A stretch of DNA of 64,000 bases from Octopus bimaculoides (lineage: Eukaryota), in contig NC_068992.1 in the NCBI RefSeq assembly GCF_001194135.2, positions 7,091,900-7,155,899 on the forward strand. Reading direction: 5' to 3'. The position numbers and the translations under genes were made by a program. Shown here piece after piece: positions 1-12,053 of the stretch (position 1 is its first letter; each line of letters begins with the position of its first letter). The notes below the pieces were generated by a model. It made no database searches and was not told the DNA's origin. It saw only the letters and a program-made list of their open reading frames with translations.

Positions 1-1562
1 TTTAAGAGGAATTTGGTTTATAGAAACTGGAAGAAGCCTGTTGTGTATAAGTGTGTTTTAGTGTCTCCTCTTCTTGCCATTGCATAATGGTTGTACATGG
101 GCATCACTACCATACAAACAGTGTCTTTTGTGTCCAGTTTTCTGTGGAATCATGTTTAGTTACAGGGAAATACTGCCTTGAGGGTTGGCAACAGGAAAGG
201 CATCCTGCCATAGAAAATCAACCTCCACAAATTCCATTCAAACTTTGCAAGTATAGGAATGTGGAAATTAAAAGGATGAGGATGATGATGATTCAGTTAT
301 TGTAGACATAAAACATTAACTGGAAAAAGATATAATTACAAGGTGAAAAGAAAAAAAAAATGAAAATCTATGACATATCAAAAAATAGCGTAAAATGAAT
401 TTCCAAATATATATTTGTAGACATTTGTAATAAAAAATTACTTTTTTAAAAAAAATATCTTCCTTTTAAATGTTGCAGCTCATGAAATATTGTCTATTAT
501 TGGAAATTATCAACATTATAATTATTCATTTTTTTCCCCTCGCATCTAATATTCATTACCATTTTGCATTATACTCTTGATAGAATATTTATTTTTCATT
601 TTAGTCGGTCCTTTTAAAAAAAAAAAATTCTTGTCTTTTAGTTTTTTTTTTTTTTTGTAAAGAAACAACTGTTATCTGGATTTATAGCTTGAACAAGAAT
701 TTGGAAGCATCTTAGGTTATTCATTTAGATCAATAACTACAGGTTTTTTTCTTTTTTAATACTTTTTTGTATTTTTCTTTACCATCAGAATAAAACCTGA
801 CCAATCAAAAACGTATGAGAGTCCTTTGTTAATGAAACAATGTAGAGCTAATATTGTTGAAGTGGTCATTAAATGTTGTTTCTTTCTTCTGCTGATAACA
901 CATTAACCAAAAATGAATTCAGAAAATATGAATGTCAGTGAGACAAATTTTCTTTGTGAACCAAATAAAAACTTTTTCTTTTTTTGCTTTAAATATCATT
1001 TTAACATGTTATATTTTTCTGTTTTATTCAAATTACACTTCAAACTTTTAAATTTCACATTCAATATTTTATTCATTTGAAATTGGTTTGGAATCCTTTC
1101 AGGAAGGAATGCTTCATAATGCACTTTATTAAGGAAAAAACAAAAATTGCATTTTTTTACATTTTACATTTGGCAACAAATAATTTATGGTCTGTTGAGA
1201 CAATTGACACCACACACTTGCAATGTCATTTTCATAATCTTGGGTAAAATATTAATTCATTTGATAATAATGCATATGAAAAGAATAAATATAGTGTTCT
1301 GTGTAAAGATTCTCTTCTCTCTAGAAAAATAGAAAATAAAAAAAAAACACAGCATTAATAAAAGTTCTATGTAATTGTCAAAAAGCAGAGTTATAGTTAT
1401 TGGCACCAATAGGAAGTGTTGCTTTGGAACAGTCAAGGCCAAATTATTATTATAAATACATTCAGTTCAAATATAATTTGCAGTATCTTCCTTGGGTGTT
1501 CACTGGAAGATGGGAAAATATAAAATATATGAGAAAATGGAAGATATACTTTATATGAGAAT

Positions 1563-1830
1563 TGTTTAACAACAGATCAGCAATGATCAAGCAGAGGTTT
1601 AAACAAAAGCATTCTAGCTGTTACCATTCCATCTTTTTTGAGAATAGTTTATCAAAAAATATATTATCTATTGAGCATTTGAAATTGGAAAATATATCTT
1701 AGGTATAGTTGTTTAACCACAGATTGACAATGATCAAACAGAGGTTTAATCTGACGCATTCTTGCTCTCACCATTCCAACTTTTTTTAGAATAGTGTATC
1801 AAAGATATTTTATCTAATGTGCATCTTTTT
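1563..1830 (-). repeat. Tandem pair (period ~147 bp) of a decayed interspersed repeat (the window's abundant (CAA)n-tailed retroposon-tail family, reverse orientation)
   Basis: tgtttaacaacagatcagcaatgatcaagcagaggtttaa at 1563 recurs as tgtttaaccacagattgacaatgatcaaacagaggtttaa at 1710. The same family recurs at about 13030-13330, 14235-14410, 25165-25425, 32510-32700, 36210-36385, 49005-49205, 56500-56680 and 62960-63090. Confidence 0.7.
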
Positions 1831-2201
1831 ATTTTAAAATGTTGGGAGATTTAGCTACTATTTTGAGTAATTCAAGTAACTATATAAAGTCTCTCCAAAA
1901 CTAGGTATTTTTGAACAGCATAGCTGGAACTCTGATCAAACAATTTTATGACCACACATCCCAGCTCCAAGCATACTATCATTTTAGGGTTATCTAGGAC
2001 TACATTTTCTAATGTGCCCTTCCCTCATTTACAACAATATGTGATCATGTATAGGAGATTTGAGTGCTATTTCAAGCAGGACAAGTTATCATGTAGAAGA
2101 TCCCTTTTTTTATAGGATGCTTGTCATATTCTCATACTCCAAATTATTTCCTACAATATGGAATTAATTGAGGGTGATTTAGCTTGCTGTTTTTATTGAA
2201 G

Positions 2202-2222
2202 CTCTCTCTCTCTCTTTCTCTT

Positions 2223-2254
<32 letters not shown>

Positions 2255-2256
2255 TC
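2202..2256. repeat. (CT)n microsatellite
   Basis: Seen directly. It is representative of dozens of (TA)n, (CA)n, (GA)n, (TAA)n and (GAT)n tracts across the window. Confidence 0.95.
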
Positions 2257-2946
2257 GGGTTAGATTTATTGATAGTAGCACTGGCACTATAATCAGGAAC
2301 ATTTCTTGATTCAGAAATTACCTTGATTTCACATTTAGTATTATTTTTTTTCTTTTCTATTATTTCCAAAAAGTTTATGACTCTCTCTGTAAAGCATTAT
2401 TAGATGTAATATTTATATTTATGAAAGACTCAGCTAACGCTATGGCAGATATACTCTCATCTGTCTATTTACAGATTACAATATATGTCTCTATCAGCCA
2501 CCAAAAGTAGATTTCCTTTTTTTTACTAAGCTTATCATTATCATTTGTAAGCACACACAGTTCTGTAGTTAATCCTACTGCACAGCATCTGTGAGGGAAT
2601 GTGTTCCCTATGGTCCCATGTTAGTGATCACCTTATGAGCAAATAAAGTATTCAAAAGCTCCTTCTGGATATGTGTGCGTGTGTTTTTCATCATCAGCGT
2701 CATCATTACAGTGTCCAATTCTCCACGCATTCATGGGTGGATAGAGTTTATTGAAACAGGTTTTTTTCTATGGTCTGACATGTTTTCGCAGAACATTGGA
2801 AATGAATGACATTGCTTATATAACGACTCTCATTTACAATTATCACATAATGCGAAGACAAAGAGACACAAACTACACACATACACACACATTCACACAC
2901 ATACACATGTGCGCACACATGCACACACAAAACACACATATATATT

Positions 2947-3100
2947 TGTGACAGGTTCCTTTCAGCTTCCATGAACCATATTCACTCACAAGGCTTTGGT
3001 TGGCCTGAGGTTGTAGTAGAAGACACTTGCCCAAAGTGTCATGCAGTGGGACTGAACCTGTAACCATGTGGTGGGAAAACAAACTTCTTATCTACACAAC
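2947..3100 (-). mobile_element. tRNA-derived SINE with CORE-like central domain (octopus OR2-like by recall), partial
   Basis: The reverse complement reads ...ccacatggttacaggttcagtcccactgcatgacactttgggcaagtgtcttctactacaacctcaggccaaccaaagccttgtgagtg..., i.e. a B-box-like GGTTCAGTCC followed by a CORE-like ttgggcaagtgtctt. Family name is from memory. Confidence 0.75.
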
Positions 3101-3549
3101 TATTTGTGTTTGTGTGTGTGTGTGCATATAGATGTGCATACACACACACACATGCACACACTGATGTACATGCAAGGATGGAGAATAAAGTACCTTACTT
3201 TAAACCAAGCTAGTTTCCATCCTGGCTGTAGAATGCTGCCTCAAAAAGCCTCTTTTAGCCCAAGCATGTAAAAAGTGAGCATAAAAATAATGATGATATA
3301 TATGTGTGTCTATGTCCATTCCTGTGTTTATGTTTACACTAGTCTTAAAACCATTGTTGTTGTATATGTTGTGCACTTTTACGTTCTGTAATTTGGCAGT
3401 TGAACACTTATTGAATCTTGATAAAATAATGACCAGAGAGAAAACAAGTATTGGATTTGATATACCCCACTGAAACTCGTGAAAATAGTGCTCCAGCATG
3501 GTTCTAGTATAATAACTGAAAAATCAGTAAAAGAATAAACCAAATATCT

Positions 3550-3870
3550 GTTATTGTTCTCAGTTCTATATTCACACAGCTCTGGTAGATTTCAAGAACA
3601 TCAAAATTAAATCAGATGCAACTTGTAATTCAATACATAATTTTGTAGATTCATAACTTGAAGTCTTCTATATTATGTTTATAACAGCTTTTACTTGATA
3701 ATTACTCAAATTTTCTTGTTAACAATATTTCTAGTATTCTCAGGATAAATTACTACCACCTGATGCTTTTCAAGAACTTCAAATTTAAATCATTTGTAGA
3801 TACTAATTTGATTCGAATTTTTGTAGATTCTTAATTTGAAACCTTCTCAAAAATTGTTGTTGTAACATTT
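3550..3870. repeat. Diverged direct tandem duplication, period ~178 bp
   Basis: ttcaagaacatcaaaattaaatca at 3591 vs ttcaagaacttcaaatttaaatca at 3769, each followed by ttttgtagattc...ttgaa...cttct. Confidence 0.65.
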
Positions 3871-4051
3871 CTATTAAATATACATATATATGAATGGAAT
3901 ATCACGAGAAACCCTGGATGTTGTAAAATGTTTAAAATCTAAATAAACTGAAAGTTTGACAAATTTGTTTCATAGGTTATTATAATGAGCCATTGAAATA
4001 TCATTTTGATGATAATTCAATTAATATATATACATTTTTATTTTTATTGCC

Positions 4052-4076
4052 TATATATATATATATATATATATAC

Positions 4077-4110
<34 letters not shown>

Positions 4111-4131
4111 CAAATTGNNNNNNNNNNATAC

Positions 4132-4163
<32 letters not shown>

Positions 4164-4164
4164 C

Positions 4165-4198
<34 letters not shown>

Positions 4199-4270
4199 CA
4201 AATTGAATATATATATACATATATATACAAATTGAAAATAAATATACATATATATACAAATTGAAAATAA
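4052..4270. repeat. Compound minisatellite: CAAATTGAA motif separated by variable-length (TA)n, 7 units, contains a small gap
   Basis: caaattg(aa) at about 4076, 4111, 4131, 4164, 4199, 4228 and 4257, separated by TA runs. Confidence 0.9.
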
Positions 4271-4619
4271 AAATGAAGACAAAACAACAAAAGTGATTGG
4301 GACATACACAGTGAACCTATTAGGTTGACATTCAGTTTAAAATGGAAAAAAGAGGAGGGTGTGTACCGTTTTGAACATGGCTCTACATCAGAAAAAGGAA
4401 AGGTCCGGAGAGAAGGAAAAAAACAGTCCATGAAAAGTATATGTGTGGTTATATGGCTGAACTGTCTATTTATCTATTAAACTCACATCCCATTGTTAAC
4501 ACAACTACTTTTTTTCTGTCGAGGGCTTATATGCCCCATTATTAGACTATTTTCCCTAGTCATTGCGAGGTGATCATTATAAGCTTTAAGCTTATTTAAA
4601 TACCATCATAATTATTTAC

Positions 4620-5110
4620 AGGATTGTAAAACTCAGCACCGTATAACAAAACCATTGAACCAAATTCGATGACTGGCACCCATGCCAGTGTAGCGCCAGC
4701 AGCACTATCCGAGTGGGATCACTGCCAGAGCAGTGGTCTCGCTTCCGTGCCGGTGGCACGTAAAAAGCACCATTTGAGTGCGATCGTCTCCAGTGTCGCC
4801 TTACTGGCACTTGTGCTGGTGGCATGTAAACAAAACATTGCACTGACTCCTGTGCAGGTGGCATGTAAAAAAACACCATTTGAGCATGGCCATTGCCAGT
4901 ACTGTCAGACTGGCCCTCATGCCGGTGGCACATAAAAAGCACCTACTACACTCTTGGAGTGGTTGGCATTAAGAAGGACATCCAGCTGTAGAAACTCTCC
5001 CATATCAGATTGGAGTTTGGTGTAGCCGTCTAGTTCGCCAGTCCCCAGTCAAATCGGTCAACCCATGCTAGCATAGAAAGCGGACGTTAAATGATGATGA
5101 TGATGATGAT
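4620..5110 (+). mobile_element. 5'-truncated RTE-type retroposon 3' end with (GAT)n tail
   Basis: Ends gagtggttggcattaagaaggacatccagctgtagaaactc...cccatgctagcatagaaagcggacgttaaatgatgatgat. This is the same terminal sequence that follows an RTE RT C-terminal fragment at 23375-24329. Confidence 0.8.
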
Positions 5111-5296
5111 GTATATATATTTCCAGATATAACTCGCCAATAAGAGTAGTGTAGCTAAGTCTATATTACTTTGTGAGGAAGTTTTGTTTTGCTAAGTTGC
5201 TCATGTGCGATTTGTGAAAAGTTTAACTGCTGTTTCTAGCAGTTTATGTGCAAGATTGTTCATTAGCTCCATTGGATGGATATATATATAAATAAG

Positions 5297-5329
5297 GATA
5301 AGATCGATATTTAAAATATTGATCTTATC
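5297..5329. repeat. 33-bp near-perfect palindrome
   Basis: gataagatcgatattt-a-aaatattgatcttatc: 16-bp arms with one mismatch. Confidence 0.85.
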
Positions 5330-5374
5330 AAGTGGTCAGCATGGGAATAAAAACCATCAAAGGTAATAATTATT

Positions 5375-5613
5375 TAAAATTATAATACAGGGTATCAAGA
5401 GATACCACCACGCTGAAAAAATAGCAGTCAAATCCTGACTCTAAAACCACAATAAATGTCCACATGGCACGAGTAGCGAAGATCTTATTATTTTTACTGG
5501 TTTATTTGGTCTTCGTCTTCGCTACTCGTGCCATGTGGACATTTATTGTGGTTTTAGAGTCAGGATTTGACTGCTATTTTTTCAGCATGGTGGTATCTCT
5601 TGATACCCTGTAT

Positions 5614-5623
<10 letters not shown>
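5375..5623. mobile_element. Fold-back element / MITE: 108-bp inverted arms (107/108 matched) around a 33-bp spacer
   Basis: 5375-5482 (taaaattataatacagggtatcaagagatacc...gagtagcgaaga) is the reverse complement of 5516-5623 apart from one C/T difference at 5411. It has TA at both ends and abuts a (TA)n tract; the internal TA-CAGGG resembles Tc1/mariner termini. Confidence 0.85.
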
Positions 5624-5656
<33 letters not shown>

Positions 5657-7059
5657 CACAATGGCCTGTTTGAATCAACCAGGAAATTGTCTTCATGTCA
5701 GGACCAGTTGATTAAGAATGAAGTGGTCATTACATTTGGAGATATGTACATCACCCTCAGTATCAATTAATACTTCAGTCATACTTAACTACTGCTTAAA
5801 TTTTCTTCCATCAATATTCATCATTTCTGACAAAATTTAGTAATAAAACAAGTAGAATAAATTGGCAAAATTGATGAGCACTTGATTTTATGAGTCTGAG
5901 ATAAGGAGAAATGACTAATAATAATAATAATAATAATAATGATAATAAAAATCTCTACTACAATGGAGAAAGTTTCTTATTAATTTAGGTATGTAACAAT
6001 TACTAAAAGTACTAGAAGAAAGCAATTATTAAAGGGTTGACCATCTGGAAATATTTTTATAAATTCGTGTTCTAAGCAATTTCTTATAATTTCAATTTCT
6101 CAAGTTTATTGAATTTTTTTAACTCCAGTTTCTCACAAATTTAAATATTCATTCATTCACTGCATCCAGTTATTCACAAATTAAAAATTCATTGCATTCA
6201 CTGCGGAATATTCCATTTTCATTTGTGAAGTCTCTCAGTTTCTCTTTAAATGTTTCAATTTCAAGTTTTAATTCGCTATTTGGAAAACCTACAGTTTATA
6301 CTATTAATGTATACATAATGTAAAAACATTATTTATTGAATGAAAATTTTAAAAATTACCCTTATAATTTTTGTAAAAAAATTTAAAAGTGATTTTGTTG
6401 TTATAGTTGTTTGGAATGCTATAAGCCTTACAATAATAACTATCTGGACCAATTTTGGCCATTTTCCTTTTTGACTTAAAAACCAGGAGAGGAGCCTTTT
6501 TGGTAAAAAAACAAAAAAAAAAGCAAATTGTAAATATTTTCAGAGTGGTAGTTCCAGAAGCTGATTAAGACTTGGCACTTGAGCCCTGATTGAGGTTCCC
6601 AACTGTGCCTTTCAACTTCCTTTGCTATAACTATGGCCGAAGGAAAGTGAGTAGTGTTCCTTTGCATGGTAGTTCTTAGGCCAACCTCCACCATAGACTG
6701 AGCTGAAAGCAAGATCCAAAATTGTGTTGTGTGTGTGTGTGTGTGTATGTGTGTGTGTGTGTGTATACAGGCACACATAAACAAATCTTCTACCTGTATA
6801 TCCACTTACATAACAAGCTAAAATAACAGCAACCAAATCATCTTCAATTCACATCCTATAGTTTCAAAATAAAATAAAAGAGGATTCAGTGTATAAATAA
6901 AGTAATCCTAAATGCACTGAATCTGCAAAACAAAAGGGGGGGGGGTGATCAGGGAGGCTACATTTTTATTAGTTTTATCAGTGTTTATTCTGAGTTACTG
7001 CTGCCCTAGAGGGGTTATTTGTGGTGTAGCTAAGAGGGTCCATGTCTGCTCTGATCAGT

Positions 7060-7330
7060 CCATCGCTGAAATGATATGTTGGATGATGTAGTCTTAGATA
7101 CATGAGGTATAGAGAAAATACAAGATGGTCATTGTTATAATACCTTTCATCATTGATCTGTTCTACCAGGGCTGAACTGGGGATACGCAATAACAGCAAC
7201 ACCCTGAAGCAGTCCATGATTGGTAGAGTTTGTTGGTTGCTGTTGCTTGAACCCCAAGTCATCTCTAATCAAGAGTTTTCCAACCATGACCTTACCGTCT
7301 TTTCTTTCAAACAATGCATGTAGAATTACA
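7060..7330. repeat. Tail-to-tail inverted pair of the (CAA)n-tailed repeat family, ~30-bp spacer
   Basis: 7060-7200 ends ...cagggctgaactggggatacgcaataacagcaac (forward copy). 7230-7330 begins gttgctgttgcttgaaccccaagtcatctctaatcaag (reverse copy). Both are diverged. Confidence 0.6.
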
Positions 7331-8347
7331 TCATCCTATGCATCCTTTGCAAGACAGCAATGGAGGATGAGGGAAATTAATAATTATACTTATAGTTTGT
7401 ATGTTTTACTGTTTTTCTTTACTTTTTGTGGGGATGGTGCTTATTTTCCCCCAGATTCCATAGTTTTCAGCTAATGATAAATGTTAACTCGACCTTAGAA
7501 TACAACACCTGTCTATTATGTGTTACAATGTTAGATGATCTGATATCTTGCATTTTTCGATTGTTTAGTTAAACAGAACAGAAATGCAAGCTGCCTTCTG
7601 CAAAATCCAAGAATTATTAGCTGTTACCAATATCTTCATATATAGTGGTTTCAAATCTACTACACACTAATTGGCTGGTTGTATTGAGTTCTGCTATTTA
7701 TATTGACAAAATATATCTATTTACAGCTATGGGTATCAGAAGACAGCCAACCAATTAGTATTGTATGTGTGTCTGTGTGTCTGTGTGTGTCTGTGTGTCT
7801 GTGTGTGTGTGTGTATCGCTCTCTCTCTCCACACACACACACATATTCACCAGCACTAATGTCATCATGGAAAGTGAATGTAAGATAATGATGATAATGG
7901 AACTCATAAAACCATAAACCATAGCTGCCACTTGCAAGCAAATCTGTAACGTTTGTCATGTTTTTGCAAACTGTTCTAAGTAACTTTGTAGTCAAGAGTA
8001 GATATAGACAACCTTTCAGTTATCTCATCTTTAAATCTAACGGAATATCAAGGGTGTAACAGCTGGAGGGAGGGAGAGACAGTGAGAGAGAGAGAGAACT
8101 GTGACAGCAGTTGGCTGTGACTCAAAGACACCACCCAGTCAAAGAATCAAACCCACTATCATATGAGCATTAGTCCAACTCTTTAACCACTATGCACGTT
8201 TGCATATTAGATACGTGAGTGTGTGTGTGAGTGTGTACAAATAGATGAAAGGGTTGGTTTGTTACTGCCACTATGGAAATTTATTTTTTTCAATAAAATG
8301 TGCTAAATCTTCACAGTTTTATGGGATTATTTTTGTTTTTCTTTTAG

Positions 8348-8406
8348 GTGAGTCATTTCTTTGAGTTTCTCTTGGCTGTACACTTTCTAATTGATGAAAA
8401 ATCAAG
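8348..8406 (+). other. Candidate 59-nt spliced exon (possible recursive-splicing exon)
   Basis: Acceptor tttttgtttttcttttAG ends at 8347 and donor AAG|gtaagt is at 8407-8412. The exon itself starts GTGAGT. Only one frame is open (VSHFFEFLLAVHFLIDEKS). No transcript evidence. Confidence 0.35.
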
Positions 8407-8665
8407 GTAAGTAGTAATCTGTTTATCAGAGAAGAAGAAACTGATTGATATTGATATCAGTTGGCAGTCAAAATGTGTTGTAACAGAAATGTTCTATTGG
8501 TCATGGCAAATCATATTTCAAAAAAATACGATTTGGCAAAAATGTTTTAATTGCTTCTAACAATATTGAAACAAAACATCCAAATATATTTCATGAATGA
8601 AATTTTAAATTCAATCCTACAAGGTTATCAATATCCTCACCACCAAAATATACATTACATCATGC

Positions 8666-8704
<39 letters not shown>

Positions 8705-8765
8705 AAATATTGATAGGGTTAAAATCCAAATTGTGTTCTTTTGATGCACATATGCTTATTCCTGT

Positions 8766-9152
8766 GGAGGCACAATGGCCCAGTGGTTAGGGCAGCGGAC
8801 TCGAGGTCATAGGGTCGTGGTTTCGATTCCCAGACCGGGCGTTGTGAGTGTTTATTGAGCGAAAACACCTAAAGCTCCACGAGGCTCCGGCAGGGGATGG
8901 TGGTGAACCATGCTGTACTCTTTCATCGCAACTTTCTCTCACTCTTTCTTCTTGTTTCTGTTGTGCCTGTAATTCAAAGGGCCAGCCTTGTCACACTGTG
9001 TCACGCTGAATGTTCCCGAGAACTACGTTAAGGGTACACGTGTCTGTGGAGTGCTCAGCCACTTGCACGTTAATTTCACGAGCAGGCTGTTCCGTTGATC
9101 GGATCAACTGGAACCCTCGACGTCGTAAGCGACGGAGTGCCAACAAACAAAC
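8766..9152 (+). mobile_element. Full-length young tRNA-derived SINE (387 bp) with 12-bp target site duplication
   Basis: Pol III A box TGGCCCAGTGG (8776-8786) and B box GGTTTCGATTCC (8819-8830). CpG-rich body, caacaaacaaac tail, and TSD GCTTATTCCTGT at 8754-8765 and 9153-9164. Confidence 0.9.
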
Positions 9153-10356
9153 GCTTATTCCTGTAATCCAAAGTAGATGGTGAATATATGATACCAAAAA
9201 GTTTCTCAAATGTCCTGTTTTGATACACACACACATACCAGATCATGTTTCTTTTTTTTATAATGGAAGCTTTTTAAAGCAGCAAAAGCAGGCAAAACCA
9301 TTACTGTGCTACACAAAATGCTTCTCAGCATTTCTTTTGGTTCTTTAGATTCTGAGCTCAAACGCCAACTAGGTTAGATTTGCCTTTCATCCTTTGAGAG
9401 ATAATAAAATAAGTACCAGCTATGTACTGAGGTTGATGTAATTATTTTACACTGCACCACCCTCATACCCTACATTCAAGATTGCTCGCCTTGTACCAAA
9501 ACATGAGATCATTACATTGGAAGCTTTTGTAACATGGCATGGCTGCTTGGTTTAGAAGCTTGTTTCAGGCTTAAGCCCACAGTATGGCATCTTGGGAAAG
9601 TGTCTTCTACCATAGCCTCAGGTTGAATTGTAGAAGTTTGTTGGAGGCATCTTTTCCATTCTTGAACAATAGACATAATCACCTGTCTAATTTAGCATCA
9701 CCACCTGATACATAGGTGACTTTAGCAAATGGCATATAGTCTGCTGCAAAGCATTCAAACCAGTCTCCAGAAACACAGGTAAATTCTAATCTTTGCTGCT
9801 ACCTGTCTCAGAGTTATTTCAAAAGCACACACAAAAAAAACATTTCATTTCTGACTTCTGGCACAAGTAAACTAGAATGATGAAATTCTTTTCAAAACTA
9901 GATATTTCTTAGAAGTTTATATATTTATTTTATTTGAGATAATTGTTTATTAACTTGATTTTTATTCCTCTTTGGAGTGCATTGTCCCTTAATATTACTA
10001 CTACTTTATGTACTGTGAGAATCTTCCTCCGCTTGTGGTAACTAAGAATATTCAGAACAACTGTACTATAAACACAGTGTCAAAGAACAATAAAATTCCT
10101 GATCGTAATTCTTTTTTCTTCGATGGTATTTCTTTCCAGGGAAGAATAATTTCTAAATTTAATGGCATTAAAATTTCTTTGGTGAACAATGAAACACATT
10201 ACTGTCTTTATTCTTTGTCTTTATACCTAAATGAATAAAAATGATATGAGCCATATTTAGGCTGACATTTTTTGCACTTTGTATAAAGAAAGCACTGAGC
10301 TATAAATGGTGTTGTTTGTTGACACTTCTCTGTCAACAAATCATTCACCAGCTCTA

Positions 10357-10702
10357 TGCTTTCAAAGAAGAGTGAGATGAAAATTCTCTACATGACAAAC
10401 AGATAGTGTTAGTGACAGGAAGAGCATCCAGCTGTAAAAAAAAAACAGTCCTTCATAGTATGTATTCACTTAACCCATGCTAACACGAATAGGAGACGTG
10501 CAATAAATGAATGAATGAATTTCATAACTCATGTTGCTGCTTTCAAAGAAGAGTGAAATAAAAATCCTCTACATGACAGTGTTAATGACAGGAAGAGCAT
10601 CCAGCTGTAAAAGGCAGTGTCTTCATAGTATGTATTCATTTAACCAATGCTGACATGAATAGTAGATGTGCAACAAATGAATTTCATGACTGTGTTGTTG
10701 CT
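10357..10702 (+). repeat. Direct tandem duplication (~181-bp first unit) of a decayed retroposon-tail fragment
   Basis: tgctttcaaagaagagtga...ctctacatgaca...gacaggaagagcatccagctgtaaaa...cttcatagtatgtattca occurs at 10357 and again at 10538. Confidence 0.85.
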
Positions 10703-11354
10703 ATTGTTTTTATTTGGCAAATTTATCACCAGACATTCCAGTCATGATCACCCAGTCTTATTTTGTTTTGACTTTGTTTTTGTATGTGTGTGTGTTATAT
10801 GGAGGTAGGGCTTTGTATGGCATAGCTGTTGCTACCATTACATTGCCTTATTTCACAGATCACTTACACTATTCTAGTTTACTGCCTTAACAATTTAGTT
10901 AAATAAATAGGCAAATGCTATTTTTCCTTCAAAAATCAAAATTTAGTATTTGGGAATTACAACAATAAAGTTTGCCTTTTGCTGCACTGATTTATCACAT
11001 GTTCAAATTTCACTGAAATACTCAATCCAAGTAAACAAAGGATTACAGATGAAAAGCTTTTCACAATAAAAGAAAAAGACAAAACAAAAAAATAACAAAC
11101 AGACCCATTTAAAAAAAAAGGATTCCATTGAATATTTCAATAAATAGTTTGTTCTAAAAAAACAGGACTCAGATCCCTAAATATATGGTGTTCAAATATA
11201 TTTTTCATGTTCATACTTAGAATTTTTTGGCTCCTTTCTATTTCACAAATTCTTTTGTAATATACTGAATGATTTATGTGCATCATGCTAAGCTATGTAT
11301 TTTGATCTATTTTCTTGAAAGTTTGCAATGGTCTTGTTTTCACATATTCAAGAA

Positions 11355-11399
<45 letters not shown>

Positions 11400-12003
11400 C
11401 AGTGACATAGATGTGTGTTTTGTAAATGTATATCAAATATGTAATATTGTATGTTTCAAAGTTTTTCATCTGGATGATTTTTATGATTACCAATTCAAAT
11501 GCTCATTTCTCTTTACAAATTTACATTTTGGATTCCAAAGACACAACACTGAAAAAACAACCAACAAAATAGCCAATTCATAAGTTATAAGGTATTGCAT
11601 AACATGTGCACACACTTTCATTCATTCTCACACATAATTACATCCATCCATTCATTATGCATACACACACTCATGTACAAACACACATATACACACACAG
11701 ATTGTTTAAAACTTGGAGAATGATATGAATATGTAATTTATTAATTTAATCTGCTTTTTGCAGATATTTAAAATATACTCTTCCTATTTTTCTAAGTAAA
11801 TTTAAGTATACAATTATTTATGCAAACAGACAAACACATAACCATGTATGCAAACATGTATGCAAACATGTATCCATATTCGTACGTTTATCACTTTGCA
11901 TCAGTAATTTTATCAATTGATAATAGCTTCTTTTTTCTTTATAGTTTTTTTAGGGTTTCTTTTTGTCTAATTTAGAATCCTCATTAGCACTTTTTCATTC
12001 TCG

Positions 12004-12053
<50 letters not shown>

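Noticed and set aside
4052-4270. Repeat-spacer appearance reminiscent of a CRISPR array
   Set aside because: The repeat is only 9 bp, the spacers are pure (TA)n, the context is eukaryotic and there are no cas genes.
8766-8840. tRNA-like sequence with A and B boxes
   Set aside because: It continues into a ~310-bp SINE body and is bounded by a TSD, with no clean acceptor stem; it is a SINE head, not a tRNA gene.
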